From: Cetorhinus maximus
Taxonomy: Eukaryota
DNA length: 64,000 nucleotides
Direction: 5' to 3'
Assembly (NCBI RefSeq): GCF_964194155.1
Contig: NW_027597739.1
Coordinates: 1-64,000 of the forward strand
The notes beneath the pieces were generated by a model. That model worked only from the letters and a program-made list of their open reading frames with translations, did not search any database and had not been told where the DNA came from. Below, in pieces: positions 1-12,589 of this stretch. The translations under genes and the position numbers were made by a program. Numbering within the stretch: the first letter of the stretch is position 1; every line of letters begins with the position of its first letter.

Positions 1-1389
1 ACGAATCTACTCTCATACCCTCTGAGATGTAAGTATCCGAACTGGTGGAGGGTGTTGGTAAATGATGTAATGCTGCACCCTCCAAGGTTCTCTCCACCTC
101 TTCAGAGGTGGACAACTATCCCCCAGAGACAGCATCTCTCTGTTCTTGTTGTTGACCTGCGGGAGAGAACAGAAAGGTCAAAAGGTTTTGCCTCTCTAAA
201 CACAAGTCTCCAGAATCAGTTGGTGTTCCGATCTATGTGTGCACAATGCAGGACAAAGGAACATCATTCCTTGGGTTCGCCTAAGACTCCCTCCTGCTGG
301 CTCACTAGACCACTCACCCTCTTGTAACTGCACTTCTACTTCACTGTGCATAATGGAGCAGCTGCCACGTTGCCCTACCAGCTCAAGAGTCTCCTCCATT
401 GGTTTCAGGATTGTGAGAATTGGAACCCTGCCAATGATTCAGGACCTTTCCTTTGTATTTTGGGCCCTCTTCCCCTGTGGGAACAAGGAAGAGGAATGTT
501 AGCCGCCCTATAAGTGTAGGCACAGCAGCTCAGCTGCTGGCACCCTAGCTGCTGACTTTGGGGTCACTGGCATGCATGTGGCATTGGGCCATTTTGGAGT
601 AACCTTGCTAGGGTCACCACTGCCAGGCTCACGCCCCTGGACAGAGCTGCATCCATCCTTTTCACAGGAGATGTCGCATTATCACCAACAAGGTGGACCG
701 CCCCTCCCCAGCAGTCACACTTATCCAGTAGCTGACGCCTAAGGAACTCGAGGTGTGGTACTCCCCCTTGCAGAGCGGAGAAAGGTCATTGATGCACTTG
801 TGGCACTGCAGCCAGGCTCCTAGATGACCCTATGGCTGCCTACCTCCTTCATAATTTCCATCCAAGATTGTTGGTTAGGCAGGAAGGTCTCCTCAGTGCT
901 GGGAAGATGACCTCCAGCCTTGCCCAAGTAGCTTGGAGGAGAACATGCAGGGAGGCATCACTGAACCGTGGGACCACCCAGCATCTTTCACCTGCCACGC
1001 CTTGGTCCTTCATTATGCCAGCCTCGGTAACCTCTTGGCATTCTCCCAATGGCAGGGCTGCACTGTTGGCCAGAGGTCTTCTGAGGCTGCTCAGCAAGGT
1101 GGCACAGGCTGCTGGGACAGGTAGTCTGAGGCAGTATTCCAGTGCTGGCAGCCCCCTTAAAGATGGCGCCAGCACACTTGATCGCGTCAGGTGGTGAAGC
1201 AGCCCACTCAGTCCTTGATTACGGATGGTGAATGGCCAGACCTCCCCCCCGCAGCCGGCCTGCTGGTTGTTAATTGGCCAGCCGGAGTGACATCACTCTG
1301 AGAATGGGAATTGGAGTGGGAGAGCCAGTGGCACCCATTTCGGGTGCACCCACTTCCCCTTGCCCACCAGTTCAGGTAAAATCCCAGCC
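1..1389 (-). mobile_element. Degenerate PIF/Harbinger element end carrying a Myb/SANT-like gene remnant
   Basis: The minus strand translates PRFSDASLHVLLQATWARLEVIFP...WLQCHKCINDL (about 780-990), homologous to the Myb/SANT ORFs at 23189 and 37021. Terminus GTAAAATCCCAGCC at about 1376-1389 resembles the other Harbinger ends in the window. Confidence 0.7.
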
Positions 1390-1954
1390 AGTGTGTGCAC
1401 TTTCCCGAGCCCAGAATGTCAAAACGTTGAACATAATAGGATGACAATATAAGCGTATTGTCCAAAAGCAGTAGAGTTGCATTCTGGGAGCAGAATTTTA
1501 TGGCCCCACCGCAGTGGGGGCGGGACTGGAAAATGCAGCCGTTCAAAATTCTATTGACTTTGGCAGGACTGGAAGGTCCCACTGGTGTAAAATTCCACCC
1601 TAAACTCTCACAGCACTATCTGAAGTACAACTGTACCTTTGGAGCAAAGGGTCTGGAATGGGGAGTAATTATGCTGTGTTGTATGGATTTCTAGTTTCCT
1701 TAGCAACTGAAGAGAGATTGTCCTATAATAAAATTGATTACATGGATTCCCATGTGTGTCTTTTTGTCCTTAAAGCTACAATCTACCTCCTTAAACTGTT
1801 GTACAGTTGGTATAGTGGAGTAGGGCCAGTTGGATAGTTAGGACTGTGGTGCTCAAAGGCACTGAAAGCACAGGTTCAATCCCAATGCCAGCTCAGATAG
1901 TTCTTGGGGCCTATCTCTTTTACTTGCTCCATTTGATATCATTGAGCCCTGATT

Positions 1955-2015
1955 CAAAAATATACTTTATTCATAAAATTTGTCAAAGTACATCACTTAA
2001 TGTTTTGAATTGAAG
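1955..2015 (-). mobile_element. Severely 5'-truncated Tx1/L1-like LINE 3' tail with target-site duplication
   Basis: AAAAATATACTTTATTCATAAAA is identical to the 3' end of the elements at 55238 and 56999. It is flanked by ATCATTGAGCCCTGATT (1938-1954) and ATCATTGAGCCTTGATT (2016-2032). Confidence 0.7.
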
Positions 2016-5000
2016 ATCATTGAGCCTTGATTAGCAACTCTCAGACACCGAAGATACTACATGAAGAGAGAGAGAGTGTGTTGGCATTAGTTTCGAGGTG
2101 TATCTCTTAATAAAAATAAATTGAGTCAACCTGACTGTATTATCCGTGATGTGATGGTATAGGGGAAGAAGGAAGGAAGAATTCTGCATATATATCAGCT
2201 TTTACGGTAATCAGCTTGTAGAGAGACCCTGCTCCACTCCTGCAGCAATCATAGCAGGATTTACAGCTTTAATCACTCCATTAGAAATTCGTGTATCCTT
2301 TACATGTCACACAAGCTGTGAAAGAGGAAAAAGACAGAAATCAGACATCCCAGGAAATACTTCCAACGAAATACACATTACCACTGTGAAATATTTATGT
2401 TTGATTGTTATATAAGCACACAAGATGTTAATATTCTGACTCAATTACACCAATCATTATAATAATTTTGAATATTTGTGTTTACAGAATATAAATTACC
2501 ATATGAACTAGACCAAAATGCTTTAAAAATATTTTAACATTTAATGTGGCAATAATTCATGGGTAAATGCTAGTGTAATAAAGAGCGCTATTTAAAAAAT
2601 AAATAATTTAACAACAATATAAAATTGTATATTAATGTGAGCTGTAACTCAAAAGCTATACATATATTTGGTATAACCTAATGAGGATTATTATAATAGC
2701 ATTGTGACATTATTAAATATGTTGCAATTTAATACAATTTTAAAGGTACAGGCATTAATTCTTCAGAAATGTAATATCCTTAGGTTTGTTACTGAAGATG
2801 CCTTGGGCTGTTCAGAGCAGAAGAAAGGACTGGTATATTTGAAGACTTGCGGGGCTCTTTTCTATTCCCTTCCCCCTCTCTCCATCCTTCATCCTCCACC
2901 CCCCGCCCACCCCACCAGAACAAAACTCTAGAAAGCAACAATATTGTTTGGAAAGAATGATTCATAAGCGCCAGTTTTACAAGTGACATGACCTTATAGA
3001 TGGCACCTTCAGTCACGACGCCTTGCTACTGCAGGAAGCTCTCGATTACACCTGTACAATGGAAGAGAGACATCAGCGAAATGATGTGTACTTAACAATG
3101 GATGGCTGCTCATACTTTACTGGACAACTGAAAACAGACAGATTGATGGAAGATCTTGAAGAATGAGGCTGCCATTTGAATTCTTCAGTCAGCCTGCTAT
3201 TGTAACCTTCCTGGTGGAGCATAGGTGGTTTTCACTTGCTATTCAAAGGTTGAGCTAGAGGTTTGCTCTTCTGGACCTTATATAGCTTTTCAAAGCTGCT
3301 TCCTCGCTCAGGTCATCATGGTGGATCCCTTATTACCACCAGAATGTTGAATGGAATACAGTAATAGATTGGCATCCTTCTTGTGGTAGACAAGATCATT
3401 TCCTGACAATTCGACATTTGGTCAGCCAGAAAGTTATTTTTCACCACTGTGCTCACATGCAGTATACTCAGCAGTATTGCTTGCTAACTGTCCTTTGTTC
3501 TTGATTAACTAGGCAGAATTTAATTTTCAGGTTTGTGCTTTTATTAAGCTATCTAGATACCCATTCAGTCCATGCAAATATACTTTCTGAATTTACTGTT
3601 TCTTTGAATTAAGTAGTCACTATTTTAAATTACTTTTCCATTTAACAATCAGAGTAAGATTCATTTGCACTATTTAGTGTTTTACTAGAATGTACAGTAA
3701 TTAGCTCCTCCCTATACCTAACCTTCTTCAACTCTACAACACTTCAGGACCCTGTGTTCCTCCATTTCTGGCCTCTTGTGTATCCCTCACTTTTTTTGCC
3801 CGAATCGTGCCTTCAACCACATTTTGAAATTACTTCCCTAAATTTCTCTGCCTCTCCACCTCTCTCTCTCTTTTAAGAACCCCCATAAAACCTGCCTCTT
3901 TGAACAAGATTTTAGCCAGCCATTCTAATATCTCCTCCTTTGGTTCAATTTTTATCCGATTACACTGCTGTGAAGCACTTTGGGACATCTCACATTTAAG
4001 TCACTGTATAAATGTAAGTTGTTCTTATCTGGGCTGTTATAACCCTCTATGCTCTTGTATATTCAAATGTCCATTATCCACATGCATCCGAACAGATATG
4101 TTAATATGGTAATTAAAATCAGGATCATGCTTAATTATTGCCTTTGTGCTACGAGGACAGGATCTATGGTTTTGGTTGATAATTTTCATCAATACTGCAA
4201 CTTGCATTTGATGGTATAGTACCAAGGCTGTTTGATGCTAATTAAATATCTTTATTTAATGACAGTAGATGTTGTAATTTCTTAATGCACTGCCGCTGGA
4301 TAATACTAGGAGCATTATAGAGGCTCTAGTGTGCCACCTTTATTAGTGGCCTGATAAGGCAGAAGTTCCAGATGGCCATTGTTAGATTGTTCCAGCACAT
4401 TGCGCTAACATTGACAATATTCAATACACATGTATGAATAAAATCTAATCCTATACTGTACTCAAGAGGTAACAAATTTAAAAGAGCCATAATTGGCCGC
4501 ATCTTGCTGGAAAAACAATTGTGTTTTAATGACATAGTCTGTTATCAAAATGCAAATTGACCATCAGATCCAGGAGATTAAGAGCTATACCGTGAGTTTC
4601 CAATCTCTGGAACTTGGTCATCAATTTATGTCGCTCTACCTTTTGCTTTGCACAAATGGCACCTCAACCTTAGCCTCCCTGATTTAAAGATTTTGCTGGA
4701 TTTGCACATTAATTGCCCATTAAAATTGCCACGGAAAGTTAGGGCTAGTAATTAAAAGTAACATTTTAATGGCGCAATAATTGTTAAGAGCATATGTACC
4801 ATTTTAACGATTTGATCATTGAAGATGTCAGTCAGTCCAGAAAGTGAACCAATTAAACTGTTTAGTGTCATTCCTACATATAGTAAATTTTTCTGAGACT
4901 TTTTAAATTGTAAACTTGAAATGTTTTAAATCCTTTTCTGTTTCTCTCTTTCTCTCCCTCTCTCTCTCAATCCAACCTTTCCTTCCCTTTCTTTACTTGT

Positions 5001-6069
5001 TTTTCTATACCTGCCTTGACCCTTAATTCACCTTCTTGAGTCATTCTGTTTCTTTCTCAATTCTTAGATTTCGTTGGTGAAGTAGACACAATGAATAGTC
5101 CCACCACTCACTAAATTGCAGATACTTGTTTCCCTCACTGTGCTATTATCTGCTCACTTCAGCATTATGCTGCAAAAGAATTTTGAGCTGAATGGTGCAG
5201 GAAAAAGTCTTATTAATGGCCTGCACCATGAGATGCTCCATTACAGAAAGGTTAGGCCCATTATATGGATGCCTTGTACATGCGTACCACTAATGTCATT
5301 TGTGCACTTGGGACATGATGCTATAGCAGCTTACATACAGGGAACAGTTGTGATCTGCACTGCAAGTGTGTAGCTCCTTTGTGCTATAGTCAAATGGGAA
5401 CTTTAAAGAAACCTAATCAAAATATAAAAATTATTCTTTGGGGTGTTTTCCTTTGTGATGATAGTGTCTAAGTAATGGGAAAAAACATTCAATCCATCCC
5501 CTTCTGGTAGGTCAAAACTAGAACCTAAAAATATTATGCAAGGCTTTAGGAGTGAAGGCCTGATCTTTTCAGGACTGGATGTATACTTGTCCCTCATAGA
5601 AGAGCTGCCTGTATGGAGACCCTTGCTAACAAATTAGCATCTTTTTGGAACTTGCTCAGAATTGTTTCCTTGGTATCATATCAATTGTAAAGTTCCAAGA
5701 TTGCCTGTGACCTTCCCTAGCTAATGCCTATGATGGTTGGCATGTGACTCAGCTACTTGATAGATTCCTGTAATGATTCACTCTCATACTCGGAATCGTC
5801 TTTAATGCATTCGTGAGGCTTAACTTTGACACCAAACTTGTGTCTTCTCCTAGACCTTCCATCTTGACATCTGACAGCTTCCACAGTAAAATAAACAGAA
5901 GAATCATTAACTGGACAGGATACAAAAATATTACCCACATATTTAATATAGTTTACTGTCTCAAACGTCATGTTTATTCTTATAATATGTCGTATTTTCT
6001 TGTCCTTAATTTGTGAAATCAAGTCATTTGTAACAAATCTCTCAAGATATATTCAGTTTTTACTGGATC

Positions 6070-7630
6070 ACTGCCATAACTGTGAAAAATGTATGAATCT
6101 AGCAAATCACTCAGTTGTATTAAACCACTTCAAAAACTAATAATAAAATTACATGGACCATACGGCATTAACCTAGGTACCAAATTCAAAAATGAGAAAG
6201 ACACACTTAGCCCAGTCAACCCTGCAAAGTCCTCCTCACTAACATCTGGGAATTTGTACCAAAATTAGGACAGCTGTCCCACAAACAACGGCCTGACAGT
6301 CAGACTCACTGAATAGTAACTTTCGGCCAATGTTTCAGACTCCTCCATCATCATTCCTTGGTATATTCTGTCCCACCGGCAAGACATAGCCACCAAAGAT
6401 GGCAGCACTGTGGTATACAGTCAGGAAAGAGTGGTTGTGGGATTGCTCAACATTGATTCTGGTCCCATGGCATTGTGTCAAACATTGGCATGGAAATCTG
6501 CTGATTATCACTCATAGCCCTCGCTCAGTGGATGAATTTGCACTGCTCCGTGTTGAACACAACTTGGAAGAAGCATTGAGAGTAGCAAGGACATAGAATA
6601 TACTCTCGTTGGGGGGTCTTCAATGTCCAGCACCAAGTGTGGCTCAGTAGCACCAGTACTGACCAAGCTGGCCAACTCCTGAAGCACATAGCTGCCAGAC
6701 TGGGCCTATGCAGGTGGTGGAAGATCCATCAAGAGGAAAAAACCTACTTGACCTCTCCTCACTAATCTATCAGTGTTGGTAGGAGTGACCGCTGCACAGT
6801 CCTTGAGGAGACAACATGCCATTTTCATACTGAGGAAACCCATTGTGTTGTGTGACACCACTGTCATGCTAAATGGGATAGATTCAGATCAAGTTGCACC
6901 ACAGAAATTCCAGGCAATTTCCATCTCCTACAGGAGAGAGAGTCTAACCAATCTCCCTTGAAATTCAATGGTATTACCATCATCAAATTCCACCATCATC
7001 AAGATCCTGAGGAGTCACCATTGACCAGAAACATAGGTATAAATATTGTGGCTGTAAGAGCAGGTCAGAGGCTGGTTACTTTCTGACTCCTCAATACCTG
7101 TTCGTCATCTACAAGTCAGGAGTGCGATGGAATGCTCTCCATCTGCCTGGATGAGTGCAGCTCCAACAACACTCAAAGATCCACACTGTCCGTGACAAAG
7201 TCCACTAGATTGGCACCCCACACACCACCTTAAACATTCAATCCCTCCACCACGGATAAATCATGGCTACAGTGTGTATCATCTATAAAACACACTGCAA
7301 CAGCTCACCAAAACTTCTTTGACCACACCTTCCAAACCCATGACCTCTGCCACTTAGAAGTACAAAGGCAACAGATGCATGGGAAAACCACTACCTCCAA
7401 GTTTCCTTCTAAACCATACCCCATCCTGACTCAAAATATTTCTTCACCGTCATTGGGATAAATTCCTGCAACTCTCTACCTAACAGAATTGTGGGTGTAC
7501 CTTCAACACAAATATTACAATGGTTCAAGAAGTATGACCCACTACCACATTCTCAAGAGCAATTAGGGATGGGCACTAAATGCTGACTTTCCCTCTGGCA
7601 CCCATTTCTCATGAATGAATTTCTAAAAAT
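6070..7630 (+). mobile_element. Decayed CR1/L2-group LINE (endonuclease remnant and 3' end, internally deleted)
   Basis: Its 3' tail (CAATTAGGGATGGGCACTAAATGCTG) matches the tails of the copies at 41260, 44490 and 60485. The ORF is broken. Confidence 0.7.
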
Positions 7631-8439
7631 TCTTTGCAGAGCAGGATCATTTTTAGTTTGTCCATTGGTTTGAGGCAGTTGCAAAGTCATTCCATGTGAG
7701 GAATGCAAATGTTTTTCACAATTTTACTTCTAACCACAAGTTTTAAGATGTGATTTTTATTTAATGTTAGTGAAGACTATTATATACATGAAGGTACCTT
7801 AATATTCTTCAGAGGCAGGTTCTGCTAAATTGAAAGTTTCCAAAGCAGGAATTTCCATAAAACATATCTGGATTATTAATTGACTTGGCAATAATTCTCT
7901 AGAGAAAGCCACACTAAGCAGGTACTGGAAAGTAGTTGGAAATGGAAATCAGCTGTGTAATTTTTCTTAGCAAATAAATAGTACAATAAATGCCAGAACT
8001 CAACTCTGTAGTGTCCATAATTATGGTGCCATGGATGCTATTGTAGTCCCAAATGGCACTAGTGCCATATGCATCCATTTCTGGAATGATGCAAACTGCC
8101 CATCAAATTGAGTGTTGGAGCGTGCGCTAGAGGTATGCAGAGTAGGCAGTTTGTAACATCAGTCAATGTGGAATGTTGATTTGACGACAGCACTACTATT
8201 TTCGACCTTGCCGATCCTGTTAATGCCCTCTGATAAAAATGCACTGCTAAACATGCATTTAGCAGCAGGATAGACATGCCCCCTAAACTATGCTGTTTAA
8301 AAAATTCATCAGCTACTTCCAGGTGAATTGCTGATTAATTTCTACTGGCTGTGAATCAATTTATAGAAGAGTTTGCTGGTTGCAGAATTGTTAAACTTGG
8401 TGAAGTTAACAAAGCATGGTGCTGCACATGGAGACTTCA

Positions 8440-9003
8440 ATGGTATAGTCAGGCTAGACAAGGGTGGTGCTGAAGTTACCATCCCCCTTGGCCTGCAGCA
8501 TTGGAGGGACATGCAACAGAGGCAGCATAGAAGAGGGCAAGCTGCTCGGAGGTGGAGGAGGCAGTGGGGGTTGGAAGGGAATGGCTCTTAGCAGGAGGCT
8601 GTATTCACCACGGGTCTTCTGGAAACATTTTTTCTTACCTCAACTAATGCCAGGAGCAGTGCATGTATTGACTTAATTTTATGAAAGGGGTGCCCACAGA
8701 AATCTGCTATGTCTTGCAGGCAGACTGCAACCTAGGAGCAGGGCAAGCCAGCATTGCCAATAACTGTGTGAAGGTAACCATGGCCCTCATTTTCTTTGCA
8801 TCGGGACTCTTACAGACTGGAGCAGGCAACATCTGTAGCATCTTCCAGTTCACCATCCACTGCTATATATGGAAGGTCACTGATGTTCTAATGCAGCGGA
8901 TTTGGGATGATACGGCGTGAGAAGCCTCCATTCCAGCTGGCGGGCAAAATATTGTTTTACCTGCCCGCTGCCGCACTTAGTACAAATGTGACGATTGTGC
9001 CCA
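8440..9003 (+). mobile_element. Old Harbinger fragment with HARBI1-like transposase N-terminus
   Basis: ORF 8681-8920 (VKVTMALIFFASGLLQTGAGNICSIFQFTIHCYIWKVTDVL) aligns with VKVTVVLNFYASCSFQGCTGDLCRISQASTHKCIEEVTD at 34110-34457. Terminus ACAAATGTGACGATTGTGCCC resembles those at 23478 and 37310. Confidence 0.7.
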
Positions 9004-9687
9004 TGGATTAATTAGGCATTGAGATGTCTGAGGCCATTATCAGGCCTTATCCAAATTTTCCCTTCAGCATTGTGGTAGCGATATTCATAGTGCTTTCAGT
9101 TTGACTTTCAGTAGCAAGCTGTACTATTGAGAAATTATGGGGATGGGAGATATGTGATTTAGTTGTAATTTTAATTTTCGCTTAATATTAGATAAAAATG
9201 CATGTTTCAATGACCTGAGAGAAGGTGTAAAAGATGACATGCATTACAATGTGTGTACTGGAATAAATTGACACTGGAAAGGCTCAAATAATAACTTTGT
9301 GTCTTAAAGTTTCTTGTTTGGATAATCTATTTTAAGATCTCAATGAAGTCCACATATTAACCAGCTGTATATTTGGTTTTGTTGGAACTCACTGGATCAT
9401 AATGTGAATAGTTCCTTTAATTAACTCAATTTTTCCAATAATGACATGAAAGTTACAATTAGTTTTTGTGTACACTCTGATTAAGTTACTTTTGACAAGG
9501 TGATGTTTCAGTTCTGTAAAATTTCTACGGTATAGTCAGTGGAATGGAATAGTTACACTTGGTTTTTTCTTTAAAAAATACAGAAATAGATGCTGTATAA
9601 TCACAGTTTAGCATTAACTTACAGCACTAAGCTCATTGCTTTGGTGTATGAGTATTAGTGTAACATTTCTCTCTTCTTGTCTTTTAG

Positions 9688-9773
9688 GTAGAACGGGAGA
9701 TAGCAATCCTGAAGTTAATAGAACATCCACATGTTTTAAAGCTACATGACGTCTATGAAAATAAAAAATATTT
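9688..9773 (+). CDS. BRSK2: Internal coding exon of a BR serine/threonine kinase (BRSK/SAD family), kinase N-lobe alphaC region
   Basis: Polypyrimidine tract plus AG acceptor (TCTCTTCTTGTCTTTTAG), then VEREIAILKLIEHPHVLKLHDVYENKKY(L), then a GTAGGT donor. The exon is 86 bp, phase 0 to phase 2. From recall the peptide is the same in BRSK1 and BRSK2, so the paralogue assignment is tentative. Confidence 0.9.
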
Positions 9774-10068
9774 GTAGGTATATGTTTGGTATTTAACTGA
9801 AAGTATGTTTATTAGTTCTTTTCTGTTGATTTATAATGATTTGCTTCATAATGAACATGCTACTGTTTACCTTATCCACATCTTTTGATTTTTTCGCTGT
9901 ATACAAAATACATTTTGATAATTGTCAAAGCCCTGTACTTTAAAGTGAATAACTGGATCTAAAGATTTGAGTTATTAATGTATCATTGGGCTCACCTGAA
10001 AGTCTTGCAGTCTATGGGTGCATGTTCTATTCATATAGTTGATGACATGTGTTTTGAAACATTGTGTG

Positions 10069-11951
10069 AAAGTTGACTTTTTATAAACAGAATGCTTCCA
10101 AGCCTGTGTTATTGTTACTCCAATAAGTGGTTGTAGTGGAAGAATTAATCCAGGCTGGTCTTTTAGTTCAAGCTGGTTTATTTTCAAGACAGTTCCTCAG
10201 TGTTACTGACTTCCTAATAGTTTCCATCCAAAGTGTCCCAGCTGTATCTTTTTATTCTACTTAGATGGATAATCAATGCCCATCACCTGTTAATTAGCAA
10301 TTGTCTTTAACAAGGTGATTGCCATGCAGTGTGATTATTTATACATTGACAGTTGTTACCATGTGTACATATATCCTTATATTAATAAAACTGATACTAT
10401 CTAACTTGGGTAACAGCTTCATTTTTCACCTGCATTGACCTTTTCCCTTCCAATATCAAATGTAATATAGACAATGATAGCTGTTTTGATTTCTCATCTT
10501 TTTTTCACCTACAATCATTTCTGTTAGAAATGAGACTCATCAGAATAGTTAAATGTTATGAAGAGCTGAGAACTGGATGGCACAATCAATTATCTTATTA
10601 ACCTCTCACACACAGGGCCTGGCTTAAAATGCACCCCAGGTGGCAGAGGTTAAAGAGAACGAATTTAGATAGCTCCCATTAGTTTCCTGGTATAGACCTA
10701 CACGGAACAAAATTTTCACAATTTACCACAAAACTAGCTGCTTCACCTGGGCGGATTGTAAAGGTGACAAGCTTAGGAAATAGGAAGTAATGGTGTATTA
10801 CAGTCTAGAGTATAACTAATTCACAATATGCTAAACTGACACTGAGCATAAAGATTATGAAGGGGTTCCTGACTCTGAGGAACCAAAATTCGGAAACATT
10901 TAAAAAAAATCTAAATAAATATATGCATGTCCTTACTGGTAAGTATCATATTGTTACAGTTTAAGTACAAATATAAAATGCTTGTTTATAAGACAGCTGT
11001 GGGCAATCATTTTTTGCAAAGTTTTCCCATGCTGATGTCAAGACTGATGAATTCTTCTACAGTACTCTCCGTGGTATTGAAAATTAGCCCTCATTCACGA
11101 TAATACCTCCGGAAGCTTTAGTCAGATTCTGTTTATTTTTGCAATGCTCCCAAACTGCAGTTGTGAACTACATTTAGAAATGTTAACTTCCCACATCTAA
11201 AAGATGAGGAATTTTAAAGATGGCATCCAAGTGTCATCCCCAGTGGAATTCTACATTCTTCTTGGCCTGGTGGTGTATTGTAGCCCATTGTTTTATTAGT
11301 AGTTATGCCAGCAAAAAAAAGCAGCTTTTGCTTTTCCCCTCAAACATGAGAGTGAAAAAACTTAATAAGGTCATTTTTAAAAAAAGGTGTTTTTAAAAGG
11401 TAATTCTGATATGCCAAAGAATGCTGCATAAGGTTCCAGCATGATAGGCAAAGAAATCAGATGCCAGTTTGAGATATTGATTTCATTCATGCTGCTATGG
11501 GATGATGCCAGTGAAACTAGAGTCACTCTGGCCTATCCCTGCATAGCTCATCCTGGCTGGACTCCAAGCAGTTTTGACAAAGACCCGTAGATCATACCTG
11601 ATCCGCCTGGGGTGCATTTTAAGCCATCCTGGGTGTGAGAGGATAGTCAGACAATCAGTTGTGCCATCCAGTTCTCACTTCCTCATAACATTTAAATATT
11701 CTGATGATTCCCATTATACTTCAGCTCACATAATAATCGAAGAAAAATGAAAGTAGATGAGAAAAGATGATAAATTAAAACCACCTAACATTATCTCTAC
11801 TTGATATTGGAAGGCAAAAGATAAATGCAGGTGAAGAATGAATGTGCAATCTAAGTTAGATTGTATCAGTTTTATTATTGTAAGGATATATGTCTTGTTA
11901 CACATGGTAACAAGACAGGCTTGAAAGTATTCTGTTTATAAAAAGTCAGCT
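10069..11951. repeat. Long imperfect inverted repeat, probably an ancient long-TIR DNA element
   Basis: 10069-10106 pairs with 11916-11951, and about 10352-10645 pairs with about 11603-11912. Example: GGCTTAAAATGCACCCCAGG versus CCTGGGGTGCATTTTAAGCC. Confidence 0.8.
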
Positions 11952-12060
11952 GTGGTGTGTTGTTGGCACAGGAAGAATCACATGGAGAAGAAGGAAGAAT
12001 CTTTTAAAAGAAAGGATGCCCTGTCTCTCTAAAAACAGAAATACATCTGTTTTTGCAATC

Positions 12061-12580
12061 GGGTGACATAATGCACTAGGGTGCTATCTGTTCAACTTCA
12101 ATACTTGGGATCAAATCCCACGAATATTGATGGAAAAGTTGCTTTTAGTTGATTCAAAGAGCTGTATTTCAAGTGAGTCTGGACATTTTGAGTCCATTTT
12201 CTAATGCATATGTAGCCCCAGAACAGTACTGCACCCCATTTGACATTATATTGGAACTGTCACTTGGGAAGGCCACAGGGATAGCTGATGTGGGAAATAG
12301 AACTGTCACTTAGCAGCAGTGAGGTTGGTCTGCTGAAGTTGAATTTAAGATGCTTTGGGGTGAAATTGTTCTTGGCTGGTTGTGTAAAATGGGGATATTG
12401 AATTGGTAGTCCATTTTACACTCTGTGTGACCTTTTTTCAATTGAATTCAGTGGGAAAGACATTTGGGCAAGGTATAAAGTGCACTGCCAATTCACTAAT
12501 AGATGTTTAACATCACTGCCTGAGACAAATTTCACCACCTTTGCCCAAGTAGAGTGATGGGAGCTTTGTTCTTTTTCAAA
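12061..12580 (+). mobile_element. tRNA-derived SINE, LF-SINE-like, interrupted by a short MITE (about 12357-12539)
   Basis: B-box-like GGGATCAAATCCC near the 5' end, and a body resembling the LF-SINE consensus as recalled. The insert has inverted termini GGGGTGAAATT / AATTTCACCAC. Confidence 0.45.
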
Positions 12581-12589
12581 TAAGTACAC

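Noticed and set aside
1810-1900. tRNA-like sequence with B-box GGTTCAATCCC (similar at about 45620-45675)
   Set aside because: No convincing cloverleaf. More likely decayed SINE heads than tRNA genes.
5749-6022. Overlapping short ORFs with a possible minus-strand acceptor
   Set aside because: No recognisable homology or donor, and stops in neighbouring sequence.
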